This document shows positions 6,700-15,492 of a stretch of 64,000 bases of DNA, one piece after another. The notes below the pieces were generated by a model. That model made no database searches, had not been told where the DNA came from, and was given only the letters and a program-made list of their open reading frames with translations. How positions within the stretch are numbered: the stretch's first letter is position 1; every line of letters starts with the position of its first letter. Source of the DNA: an uncultured Ruminococcus sp. (GTDB lineage: Bacteria; Bacillota; Clostridia; UBA1212). The position numbers and the translations under genes are program-made. The stretch covers positions 19,952 to 83,951 of the forward strand of contig CADAZX010000016.1 of assembly GCA_902792515.1 (NCBI GenBank), in the 5' to 3' direction.

Positions 6700-8241
6700 G
6701 TGAAAAAAGTGATTGCAGTTTTGGCGGCGGTTGTTGTCGCGATGGCGGTTTTGGCAGTTTCGGCGCCGGTTTTTACGCCGGTTTTTGCGGACGAGACCGT
6801 GACCACAGGGGAGGCGCCCGTTGGAGACGGCGGGGAGACCGAGTATGTGAGGCTTACGGGCGACGGATTTGACCCGTATGCGACGTTTTCGTTCAGCGAA
6901 AATGGTGCGAACGCGTCGATCGATCCGGACACCGTGACGTGGGCGGCGATCCGCTACAGGATGGGCGCGAGGTTCAACGAGAACAACGTTGAGTATATTG
7001 CGCAGATGTACGTCAGCCCTGCCGCGGAGCCGTTCGTGCCCGTGCACTACAGGTTTACCGACGGGTGGGATACGCTCATCGTCGACATGACGTCCGTTGC
7101 GGCGCTCTACGGAAGGGAGTCGATCTGGGGTTCGGGCAGCTACACGAACACAGAGGAGATCAGGCTTGACCCGCTGGAGCCGGACAGGGATGCGGAGAAT
7201 TTTGACGACTCGACGGGGCGCGGAATCGTGACCGAAGGGGATTACGTCGACATCGCGTGGATCGCGTTTTTCGAAAAGGAGGAAGACGCGAAGGCCTACA
7301 CCGGCAAAGAGGACACGCCGTATTGCATTTTGGATGCGGGAAGCCTTTCGAGCCCCTACACGATCCACAATCTGAAGGCGGAATATATGGGCAGTGCGCC
7401 GGTAGATCCCGATGCGACTGAGGATCCCGCGGGCGAGTCTTCCGGACCGTCGGCGCTTTTCGCGTTCACGTATGAGGACTACGTGAACGACGCGCTTTTA
7501 GGCGGTAGCAAAAATCTCATTAACGACGTGTATTTCGGCGAAAAGTGCTACGTGATTGAGGTGGCACAGGGCGGAGACCCCTACCAGGAATTGAGTTTCG
7601 GCACGCTCGCGACGCTTGGAGACATCGATGAGATTTCCGCCGACGAAAACAAGGTCGTGCAGCTCGCGGTTCGCGTGAACACAACGGAGGGCGGCAAAAA
7701 CGGCTCGCTCTACTGGCAGACCGACGAAAACCCGGGCTACGGCGAGGCCCAGAACCAGACGTACAAGTACGAGGAAACGGACGGAATCCAGCTCGTGACA
7801 ATCGACTTTTCGCGCGTCAGGAAGTGGACCGGCACCGTCGGGAACCTCCGCTACGACATGTTTTTTGAGGCGGCAGAGGACACTTCGGTAGAGCTCTATT
7901 ACGCGGCTTTCTTTAAGGACGCGGCTTCCGCGAAGGCGTTCGGCGAAAAGTTCCTTGCGGAGGGACTGCCCGCGACGCCCGAACCGACAGAGGCGCCGAC
8001 CGCTACGCCTGCTCCGGAAGCGACCGAGCCGCCGGCTGAAGAGCCTACCCAGGCCCCTGTTGAGGAGCCCACAAACGAGCCCGCCGCGGAGCCTACCGAT
8101 GCGCCGGTTGCCACCGAAGCGCCTCAGAAAAAAGGCTGCGGAAGCGCGCTTGGCGGAATTTCCGCTGTTGTCGTTCTGGCGGCTGCCGGTTTTGGCGCAG
8201 CTTTTGCGATGCCGCGCAGGAACAAGGGCGAAAAGGAATAA
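6700..8241 (+). CDS. Secreted, C-terminally membrane-anchored protein of unknown function.
   Basis: GTG start with AGGAGG 9 nt upstream. Signal peptide is MKKVIAVLAAVVVAMAVLAVSAPVFTPVFA. A Pro/Thr/Glu linker leads to the C-terminal QKKGCGSALGGISAVVVLAAAGFGAAFAMPRRNKGEKE. Confidence 0.7.
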   Translation: MKKVIAVLAAVVVAMAVLAVSAPVFTPVFADETVTTGEAPVGDGGETEYVRLTGDGFDPYATFSFSENGANASIDPDTVTWAAIRYRMGARFNENNVEYIAQMYVSPAAEPFVPVHYRFTDGWDTLIVDMTSVAALYGRESIWGSGSYTNTEEIRLDPLEPDRDAENFDDSTGRGIVTEGDYVDIAWIAFFEKEEDAKAYTGKEDTPYCILDAGSLSSPYTIHNLKAEYMGSAPVDPDATEDPAGESSGPSALFAFTYEDYVNDALLGGSKNLINDVYFGEKCYVIEVAQGGDPYQELSFGTLATLGDIDEISADENKVVQLAVRVNTTEGGKNGSLYWQTDENPGYGEAQNQTYKYEETDGIQLVTIDFSRVRKWTGTVGNLRYDMFFEAAEDTSVELYYAAFFKDAASAKAFGEKFLAEGLPATPEPTEAPTATPAPEATEPPAEEPTQAPVEEPTNEPAAEPTDAPVATEAPQKKGCGSALGGISAVVVLAAAGFGAAFAMPRRNKGEKE

Positions 8242-8284
8242 GGTTTAAGGTTTAAGGAAAAATAAACTGTTGTTTAAAAAAAGG

Positions 8285-8330
8285 AGCCGCGGTCCCCTCG
8301 CCGTGTTTGAAGGGGGGCCGCGGCTTTTTC
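8285..8330. terminator. Bidirectional intrinsic terminator between convergent genes.
   Basis: GC-rich stem AGCCGCGGTCCCC...GGGGGGCCGCGGCT, preceded by an A-run and followed by TTTTT. Confidence 0.7.
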
Positions 8331-8352
8331 TATAAATCAGCGCCGCCGGATA

Positions 8353-9567
8353 TTATTGCCGGAACCGCTCCGCGATTCGCTCCGCCGCTTCGAAAAGCTG
8401 CTCCTCGCTTTCAACGGAAGCGGAGCCGCTGATTTCGCCGGCGGAGCCGCCGCCCCGCCCGCCAAGGATCTCGTTGATGGCGGGCGCGGCTTTTTTCAAA
8501 TCGATTTTTTCAGATTTCATCACGTATTTCCGCTTTCCCGCAGGGCCTGCCACGGCGAGGAAAAAGAGCGCGCCTTCCTTGTGTTTTTCGCCTACGCGGT
8601 TAAGGGTGCGCATGTCGGCCTGCTCGCAGAAGACGGCGCGATAGCCGTTTCCGGATTCGTTGCCGGTGGCAGTTGTCGAAGCGGTTGCAGCCGCGATTTT
8701 CAGCTCGAGGAGGTCGGTAAGAAGGGCCACGCGCTCCTGCTCGCGGGCGGCGTTTTCGGCTAAAACACGGTCGATTGCGGCGGGAACGTCGCAGGGCTTC
8801 ACGGAGAGCGTTTCTGAGGCCGTTTTAAGCGCGTTCAGCCTTGACCTGGTCTCTTTTACCGCCCCGCTGCCGGAAAGCGCGTAGAGCCTCGTACCGCCCT
8901 TGTAGGGCATGAAGGCCAGAACCGTAAAATAGCCGGCCATTCCGGTTGAAGGCAGGTGTGGCGCGCAGCAGGCGCACATATCGGTGTCGCCGATCCTGAC
9001 GATCCTGACTTGGCCTTCGAGCTCCTTTTTGCTGCGGTAAGTCATTTTTGCGAGCTCGTCCTTTTCCGGGAAAAGGATCTCGATTTTTTCGTTGCGGCGG
9101 ATGACCTCGTTGGTGAGCGCCTCGGCTTTTTCCACGTCCGCAAGGGTGAGCGGGCCGCTCGTGTCGATCGTCACGTACTCATCGCCCAGGTGGAAACCGA
9201 CGTTGTCAAAGCCGAAAAGCCGGTGGACAATGCCGGAAAAAATGTGCTCGCCGGTGTGATTTTCCATGCGCCAAAGGCGTTTTTCAGCGTCGACTTTTCC
9301 CGTGACTTTCGAGCCCTTCCCGAACGCGCGGTCCGCCACGTGAATGATCTCCCCGCCGTTCTGCCGCATACCCGAAACGCGCGCGCCGTCAATAAAGCCG
9401 GTGTCGGGGTCCTGCCCGCCGCCGCCAGGGAAAAACGCGGTCCTGTCAAGAACGACGTCGAAAAGTCCGTCCTTCCTCGCGTCGCACGAAAGCACCTCTG
9501 CGTCGAAAACGAACGTGAGGCCGTCGGTTTCGTATATTTTTTCGGTTTCGCGTCTGTTTTCGGTCAT
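8353..9567 (-). CDS. AlaX-L-type alanyl-tRNA editing protein (Thr/Ala-tRNA synthetase SAD domain plus DHHA1-like tail).
   Basis: Zinc motifs HTGEHIFSG and CCAPH are present. C-terminal GGRGGGSAG. 404 aa. Confidence 0.8.
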   Translation of the reverse strand: MTENRRETEKIYETDGLTFVFDAEVLSCDARKDGLFDVVLDRTAFFPGGGGQDPDTGFIDGARVSGMRQNGGEIIHVADRAFGKGSKVTGKVDAEKRLWRMENHTGEHIFSGIVHRLFGFDNVGFHLGDEYVTIDTSGPLTLADVEKAEALTNEVIRRNEKIEILFPEKDELAKMTYRSKKELEGQVRIVRIGDTDMCACCAPHLPSTGMAGYFTVLAFMPYKGGTRLYALSGSGAVKETRSRLNALKTASETLSVKPCDVPAAIDRVLAENAAREQERVALLTDLLELKIAAATASTTATGNESGNGYRAVFCEQADMRTLNRVGEKHKEGALFFLAVAGPAGKRKYVMKSEKIDLKKAAPAINEILGGRGGGSAGEISGSASVESEEQLFEAAERIAERFRQ

Positions 9568-9610
9568 TTTCCGCTCCTCCCTGTTGCGCGGCGGCGCTTA
9601 CGATCCGGAA

Positions 9611-9726
9611 TGCGCCGCCGCTCAGTTCATTTTGTCAGGCGCCGGCCTGTTATTCAGTCAGGCGCCGCGCCGTTCATTCAGTCACGCGCCGGCCTGTTGT
9701 TAAGTCACGTGCCGGCGCCGTTTTCC
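9611..9726. repeat. 23-24-nt tandem repeat, 4-5 units, each with a small GC hairpin.
   Basis: The units are GTCAGGCGCCGGCCTGTTATTCA, GTCAGGCGCCGCGCCGTTCATTCA, GTCACGCGCCGGCCTGTTGTTAA and GTCACGTGCCGGCGCCGTTTTCC. The last unit overlaps the stop of the 9705 gene. Confidence 0.6.
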
Positions 9727-10055
9727 TGCTGCTTCGCGGCAGAGTTTTCGCCGAGTCCGGCAACGCCGTCGACCGGCAGCGCAAAAGCGATCCCCTGCGC
9801 GGGAAGCGTGGGTCCGCAGGCCGTGTAAAGGGCTTTCATGATCCCGTTCCGGTGTTCCTTGTCGGTCAGGATCATCACGATCTCCTTGTGCGGCGACACG
9901 GTAATCCCGTAATACTTTTCCGCTTCAGGGCTGGCAGTTCCGTGCGCTCTCATGACTGTTCCGCCGCCTGCTCCCGCCGGTCTTGCCGCGTCCATGGCCA
10001 CCTCGCTGTAGCCCTCGTTTACGATGCATATAATTACTTCGTGCTGAAAATCCAT
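9705..10055 (-). CDS. P-II-like (GlnB-fold) small protein.
   Basis: Start re-set to the ATG at 10055 (MDFQHEVIICIVNEGY...) with a GGAGG RBS. Size and beta-alpha-beta pattern resemble P-II family proteins. Cotranscribed with the DUF1538-like gene. Confidence 0.55.
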   Translation of the reverse strand: MDFQHEVIICIVNEGYSEVAMDAARPAGAGGGTVMRAHGTASPEAEKYYGITVSPHKEIVMILTDKEHRNGIMKALYTACGPTLPAQGIAFALPVDGVAGLGENSAAKQQENGAGT

Positions 10056-10075
10056 TTTAACCTCCGGGCTCGAGC

Positions 10076-10495
10076 TCACTGCTCCGCGGTGCCTGCCGCC
10101 GGTCCGAAAAACGACGACGGCTCCTTTATGTCAGCCAGAAAACGGTAGGCCAGAACGCTTATTACGCTGGTCATAGGCACCGTGTAGGCGACGCCCTTCC
10201 CGTTCCTGACCGTTTTGAACTTTTCGCCTAAAATTTCGAGAATTCTATCGCTGTCGGACGCCTTTACGACGCTCACGATCACGCTTTTCCGCTCATCGCC
10301 GAGACCCATGATACCGAGCCTTGCGGTGGCGGCCGTCCCCTCTGCAGCGACAAAACACTGCATGTTCGCCCCGAGACTCTGGATGAGGTCTGCGTAGTAG
10401 TCGGATTTTTGCCGGTTTACCACGGTGACCAGAAGCTTCAGCGCTTCAGGAGAGCTGACCGTTTTCGAAATTTCCTTTGATTCTTCCCGGCTCAC
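10076..10495 (-). CDS. P-II-like (GlnB-fold) small protein.
   Basis: GTG start with a GGGAGG RBS. LKLLVTVVNRQKSDYYADLIQSLGA... is P-II-like. Lies immediately downstream of the DUF1538-like gene. Confidence 0.5.
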   Translation of the reverse strand: MSREESKEISKTVSSPEALKLLVTVVNRQKSDYYADLIQSLGANMQCFVAAEGTAATARLGIMGLGDERKSVIVSVVKASDSDRILEILGEKFKTVRNGKGVAYTVPMTSVISVLAYRFLADIKEPSSFFGPAAGTAEQ

Positions 10496-10510
10496 GGATG
10501 CCGCCTCCCT

Positions 10511-12037
10511 TCACATAAACTCGATAATCTGGCCGTCTTCCGCGTTGAGTATCTTCGCGATTGCCCGCTTCCTGCGGACGCTTTCGGCCACTGTCGCCTT
10601 GAATCCGAGCAGCTGGATCGCTATCAGCGGAGTCATTGCAACCATTGCCACAACGCCGAACGCGTCGACCGGAACCTTTTCGACACCCTGCAGCACCGAA
10701 CAGACGCCGATGGCGAACGGCAGAATGAAGCTGGAGGTGAGCGGACCGCTGGCCACGCCGCCCGAGTCAAACGCAATGGACGTGTAAATTCCAGGCACGA
10801 CGAGCGACAGTCCGAGAGAAACGATATATCCCGGAATCAGGTAGTAGAGCACCGAAAAGTCGAAAATGATCCTCACGACCGAAAGTGCGATCGAGATCCC
10901 GACGCCGGCGGACAGCGCGATCATCATGGACCTTTTTGAGATCATGCCGTTGGTGACCTCCTCGACCTTCGAGTTGAGCACGTGCACGGCAGGCTCCGCG
11001 GCGACCGTGGCCATTCCCGTAACGAAGCCGAAAATCACCGGCACGTCCGTGCGTCCCGCCGCCGCCAGCTCCGTTCCGAGTTTAAAGCCGATCGGCATGA
11101 AGCCGATTTTCACGGCCGTCATAAAAATGACAAGCCCCGTAAAGGTGTAAACTATACCGAGAGCGATGCCAAGCAGCTTTCTGAGAGGCAGCCTGAGCAC
11201 GGTTACCTGCAGCACAAAAAAGAACGCGGAAATGATTCCCAGCGCAATCGCCACCTCGGTCACGGTGTCTATAAATATCGCAAAAAGATTCCGCCCCAGG
11301 AACGACGCCATCGAGTAGTCCGGCATCTCGTACGTGACGCTGCCCTTTGAAAATATCCCGATAAGCATTACCGCCAGCACCGGGCCGACAGAGCAGAGCG
11401 CGATCGATCCGAAGCTGTTTTCGCCGTCGTTCTTCTCGGAAAAGGTGGATGCGATACCAATGCCGAGCGCCATAATGAACGGGACCGTGATCGGTCCTGT
11501 CGTAACGCCGCCCGAGTCGAACGCAAGCGCGGTGAAGTTGTTCCCGCCGCGCGAGATAAGGACCGAGACGAGCGCGAAAAGTGCAAGGTAGAAATACATC
11601 AGGATCTGCGCGAGCGGCTTGTTTCTGATGGTTTTTATCACAGAAAAGACCAGAAAAAGCCCTACGCCGGCGCCGACCACGCCTATGAGCACCCAGCTGT
11701 TGACCATTTGCGAAACCTGACCCGCAAGCACAGACAGATCGGGCTCCGCTACCGTGATGATCACACCCATCGCAAAGCTCACAGCCAGCAGGAGAAGCGG
11801 CTTCCCGGACCTTGAGAGACCCGAGCCCACCTGCTCCCCCATCGGTGACATTGCGACGTCCGCACCGAGCGTAAAAAGTCCGATCCCTATGACCAGCATT
11901 ACGGCCGAGAGCAGAAAAACGCCGATCTCCGTTCCCGTAAAGTTCACCCACGGCGTCAGGTACATGACCAGCACGATAACCACAACCGGAATTACCGAAA
12001 ACGACGCCTCTTTAATTTTGTCCACTAATGCTTTCAA
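10511..12037 (-). CDS. DUF1538-like multi-pass membrane protein with an internal duplication.
   Basis: Two copies of the AFDSGGV(T/A)(T/S)GP motif sit within hydrophobic repeats. 508 aa and highly hydrophobic. Confidence 0.6.
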   Translation of the reverse strand: MKALVDKIKEASFSVIPVVVIVLVMYLTPWVNFTGTEIGVFLLSAVMLVIGIGLFTLGADVAMSPMGEQVGSGLSRSGKPLLLLAVSFAMGVIITVAEPDLSVLAGQVSQMVNSWVLIGVVGAGVGLFLVFSVIKTIRNKPLAQILMYFYLALFALVSVLISRGGNNFTALAFDSGGVTTGPITVPFIMALGIGIASTFSEKNDGENSFGSIALCSVGPVLAVMLIGIFSKGSVTYEMPDYSMASFLGRNLFAIFIDTVTEVAIALGIISAFFFVLQVTVLRLPLRKLLGIALGIVYTFTGLVIFMTAVKIGFMPIGFKLGTELAAAGRTDVPVIFGFVTGMATVAAEPAVHVLNSKVEEVTNGMISKRSMMIALSAGVGISIALSVVRIIFDFSVLYYLIPGYIVSLGLSLVVPGIYTSIAFDSGGVASGPLTSSFILPFAIGVCSVLQGVEKVPVDAFGVVAMVAMTPLIAIQLLGFKATVAESVRRKRAIAKILNAEDGQIIEFM

Positions 12038-12159
12038 GACGATTCCCCGATTGAAGATTAAAACCGTCCGGTGTCTTTCCGGACAGCTGTCAGGGGCTCA
12101 GCGAGCCCCGCGAATTCCCGCGGCATTTAAGAAAGATTTCTTCAATTCCCGGGCGAAAA

Positions 12160-13434
12160 TCACTCCGCCTTTTCCGCCGCATCAAGCGCCTGTGCCAGGT
12201 CCTCAATGATGTCGTCCGTGTTTTCGAGGCCGACGGAAAGCCGGACCATTCCCGCGTTAATGCCCGCGGCAACGAGCTGTTCGTCCGTCAGCTGGCGGTG
12301 GGTCATTGAAGCCGGGTGCAGCACGCACGTGCGGATGTCGGCGACGTGTACCTCGCGGGAGCACATTTTGAGCGCGTCCATGAACTTCTCGGCGGGTTCG
12401 CGTCCGCCCTTCACGTCAAGCGAAATGACGCCCGAGCAGCCGTCCGGCATGTATTTCCGCGCAAGCGCATGGTATCTGTCACCGGGAAGTCCCGGGTAGC
12501 GGACAGTCTCGATCGCCTCGTGGTTTGAAAGATACTCAGCCACTTTGAGAGCGTTTTTGCAGTAGCGCTCCATTCTGACAGCCAGAGTCTCAAGCCCCAG
12601 GTTGAGCAGGAAGCCCGAATGGGCCGACGGATACGCCCCGAAGTCTCTCATAAGCTGCATGCGCGCCTTGCCTATATAGGCTGCCCTGCCGAATTTTTCC
12701 GTATATACAAAGCCGTGGTAGGACTCGTCCGGTTCTACGAGCTCCGGGAATTTGCCGTTGTCCCAGTTGAAGGTGCCGCCGTCAACGATAACGCCGCCTC
12801 CCTGCACCGCGTGTCCGTCCATATATTTTGTGGTGGAATGCACTACTATGTCCGCTCCGAAATCGATTGGCTTGCAGAGAATCGGGGTCGCAAACGTGTT
12901 GTCGACGATCAGAGGAACGCCGTGCGCATGTGCGATCCTCGCAAATTTTTCGATATCAAAAACGGACAGCGCCGGATTCGCGAGCGTCTCGCCGAAAACG
13001 AGCTTCGTGTTGGGCTTGAAGGCCCTGCCGATTGTCTCTTCATCCGCGTCCTGGTCGACGAAAATGCACTCGATCCCGAGTTTTTTCAGCGTTACCGCAA
13101 AAAGATTCAGCGTTCCGCCGTAGATCGTCGACGCGGAGATCAGGCTGTCGCCGGAATTGCATATATTGAGCACGCTCATCAGGCTCGCCATCTGTCCCGA
13201 AGACGTGCACATCGCGCCGACGCCGTGCTCGAGGTCGGCTATTTTTTTCTCTACGCAGTCAACGGTCGGGTTCGAAAACCTCGAATACATGTGCGCGTTC
13301 GGGAAATTGAAAAGCTCTCCGATCTCCTCCGCCGTGTCAAAAACATACGTGGTGCTCTGAACTATGGGCATCACTCCGGGTTCACCGTTTTTGGGCCTGT
13401 AGCCCGATCTGACGCATTTTGTCTCGTCTTTCAT
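12160..13434 (-). CDS. metY: O-acetylhomoserine sulfhydrylase / Cys-Met-metabolism PLP enzyme.
   Basis: PLP-lysine motif HSTTKYMDGH. N-terminal VRSGY...PIVQSTTY. 424 aa. Confidence 0.8.
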   Translation of the reverse strand: MKDETKCVRSGYRPKNGEPGVMPIVQSTTYVFDTAEEIGELFNFPNAHMYSRFSNPTVDCVEKKIADLEHGVGAMCTSSGQMASLMSVLNICNSGDSLISASTIYGGTLNLFAVTLKKLGIECIFVDQDADEETIGRAFKPNTKLVFGETLANPALSVFDIEKFARIAHAHGVPLIVDNTFATPILCKPIDFGADIVVHSTTKYMDGHAVQGGGVIVDGGTFNWDNGKFPELVEPDESYHGFVYTEKFGRAAYIGKARMQLMRDFGAYPSAHSGFLLNLGLETLAVRMERYCKNALKVAEYLSNHEAIETVRYPGLPGDRYHALARKYMPDGCSGVISLDVKGGREPAEKFMDALKMCSREVHVADIRTCVLHPASMTHRQLTDEQLVAAGINAGMVRLSVGLENTDDIIEDLAQALDAAEKAE

Positions 13435-13540
13435 ACCGCAATTTCCTCACTTTCGCACGTCGCGTGACGTTGATCCGCCTTCGCGGGCATTGTATTTTTG
13501 TTTGCCGGAAGGCCTGCCTTAATGCCGCCCTCCGTTGGTT

Positions 13541-13569
13541 ATTTTATTCTCCGCCCGCCGCTTTGTCAA
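13541..13569 (-). promoter_or_regulatory. Promoter TTGACA-17-TAAAAT for metY.
   Basis: On the minus strand the -35 is at 13569-13564 and the -10 at 13546-13541. This leaves a leader of about 100 nt. Confidence 0.55.
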
Positions 13570-13754
13570 GGCGTGTCCCGAGCCGTTTCTGCTCCCGAGC
13601 AGTTTCTGCTCCCGTTTCTCTCCCGCCTGTCCGCAAGCCGTTCTTCACACGTGTCTTCCCGTCACTCTCCGCGGCGGTTTTCACACCGGTTTAACACGGT
13701 TCTTCATACCTTTTATTCAGGCAGCGGCCGCTCTTCTCACCGCCGCTCCAAATC

Positions 13755-13804
13755 AAAAAGAGGCTGCCCGCCCCCCGCAAGATCGCGGGAACGCGAACAG
13801 CCGC
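13755..13804 (-). terminator. Intrinsic terminator of the 13836..15185 gene.
   Basis: The minus RNA pairs GGCUG...CAGCC with an inner CCCGC...GCGGG, followed by UUUUU. Homologous to the terminator at 15412-15463. Confidence 0.65.
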
Positions 13805-13835
13805 TTTTATTAATTATTCTTTATGAAGAAAGATA

Positions 13836-15185
13836 TCAGAAAGCTTTCTTTTTAAGAATGACGAGCGCAACCGCAGCTGCTGCAACGACGAAGAGGATCA
13901 TCGTGGCGTCGCCGGTCTGAGGCTCATCTCCGGGATCGGGCTCGGTAGCCGCCGGACCGGTGTATTCAACAACAGTATTCGGAAGGTTCAAACCGCCCTC
14001 TGTGAGAGCCGAACCGTCAAGATCAATAACCGTACCGCTCGCAAGCTTAACACAGGCTTTGATCGTATTTGTGCCTTTAAGGTCGGCTGTAGGAACAACA
14101 ATCAGGAATCTCTGACCGAATTCGCCGCCGTTTTCTGCTGCTTTTACAGCGTCTTCTGTGGTGAACGAGAACGCGCTGTCATAAACGGGCTCGTTGCCGT
14201 TGATCTTATATCCAAAGGAATCAACAGCTTCATCGAATCCGACCCATCCGTAAAACGCGACGTTAGAGATACTGCCGTTGCTTCCGTCAACCGGTCCGAG
14301 ATCTGCAACCGTATATTCTCCGGTAGCGATGTTGATGTAGTTGGTCACAAAAGCGTCAAAGCTGCGTCCGCGAAGCACGGGAGTGGTCGCAGGCTGAGGA
14401 TCGGCTGCCTTTTTGATTTCGGAAACCGAGATTTCGTTGATTACAACGTGGTTGTTTCTCTGATATATCTGAATCGTTCCTTCATCAAGAACGGTTACGT
14501 CACCGCTGAACACTTCGTTGCCGGCGGCATCATATGCCTTTGCGGCGGTATAAGCGCCGTCCGCAAGTCCGGACAGCTCAATTGTAACGAGTTCTTTTCC
14601 GTCGATTCTGATCGTGATTTTGTCACCGCTGTCAACAATCGTGAACTCTGCCGCTACACCGGGGTCAAAGCCTTCGGGACGTGCAAGCGTGAATGCAGGA
14701 GCGCTGGCGTTCTCGCCGCCGTCACAGAACGTGATGCCAATGTTGTTGCCAAGGGTTGAATTTCCCGCGCCGAAAATATCAACAGCGATGCCGACGGCTG
14801 TCTCGGAAGGTGCCGGAACGCCGAATCTTCCGCCGTTCATAAGCTGAAACTCATTGTTGGTACGGATACCGAATCCGTAATAGCAGTCACGTTTGTCGCC
14901 GTAAAACTTGAGGGTGGCGACATAGTCCGAATACATCTCTGCCGTGCGGACAATAGGTGAACTGGCGACCCAGTCTGCGCCGGAACCGAGATGAAGAGCG
15001 CCGTCCTGAAGAGCGTATCCCGACCAGGCTACGAGCTCATCTGCAGCAAGTTCATCTCCGGAGAAGTCCGCTTCAAGAAGCTTGTCGCCTGCTTCAACGG
15101 TGTCGGCATGGCTGTCGGCAAATGCAGGAATTAAGAGTGCGGCCATCATTGCTGCGATGACTGCAACAACTATAATCTTTTTCAT
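13836..15185 (-). CDS. Secreted protein with a sortase-type C-terminal sorting signal; function unknown (LamG/DUF1080-like N-terminal part suspected).
   Basis: Signal peptide is MKKIIVVAVIAAMMAALLIPAFA. The C-terminus is EPQTGDATMILFVVAAAAVALVILKKKAF. Confidence 0.7.
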   Translation of the reverse strand: MKKIIVVAVIAAMMAALLIPAFADSHADTVEAGDKLLEADFSGDELAADELVAWSGYALQDGALHLGSGADWVASSPIVRTAEMYSDYVATLKFYGDKRDCYYGFGIRTNNEFQLMNGGRFGVPAPSETAVGIAVDIFGAGNSTLGNNIGITFCDGGENASAPAFTLARPEGFDPGVAAEFTIVDSGDKITIRIDGKELVTIELSGLADGAYTAAKAYDAAGNEVFSGDVTVLDEGTIQIYQRNNHVVINEISVSEIKKAADPQPATTPVLRGRSFDAFVTNYINIATGEYTVADLGPVDGSNGSISNVAFYGWVGFDEAVDSFGYKINGNEPVYDSAFSFTTEDAVKAAENGGEFGQRFLIVVPTADLKGTNTIKACVKLASGTVIDLDGSALTEGGLNLPNTVVEYTGPAATEPDPGDEPQTGDATMILFVVAAAAVALVILKKKAF

Positions 15186-15289
15186 TTTTGAATCCTCCTA
15201 AATTATTTTAACGGAGCCCGCCTTAAAGAAAAAATGTCGATTCCGCAAGACAAGGCGCCTGCGCGCCGGCTCCTAAATACTTCGAATTC

Positions 15290-15318
15290 ATTCTACAATA
15301 TGTGGTGCGGTTTGTCAA
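15290..15318 (-). promoter_or_regulatory. Promoter TTGACA-17-TAGAAT for the 13836..15185 gene.
   Basis: On the minus strand the -35 is at 15318-15313 and the -10 at 15295-15290. Confidence 0.55.
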
Positions 15319-15411
15319 TAACGCTTTTTCATTTCATTTTCATTTCATTTTGGTTCTACTTTTGGTGCTTTTTGGTTCTACTCCGCTGCTTCCCTTGCGG
15401 TGCGAAAAGAT

Positions 15412-15463
15412 AAAAAAAGAGGCCGTCCGCCTCCCGCATGATCACGGGCACGCGAACAGCCTC
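15412..15463 (-). terminator. Intrinsic terminator of the 15493..16620 gene.
   Basis: Stem GAGGCUG...CAGCCUC followed by a U-run. Paralogous to 13755-13804. Confidence 0.65.
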
Positions 15464-15492
15464 TATTATTAGTGTTCTTTAAAAGAAAATTA

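Noticed and set aside
13435-13540. Possible SAM (S-box) riboswitch or T-box in the ~100-nt metY leader.
   Set aside because: I could not find the S-box core elements in proper order, nor a T-box specifier and terminator arrangement. Only generic stems are present. A covariance-model scan (Rfam SAM-I/II/III/VI, SAM-SAH) would settle the question.
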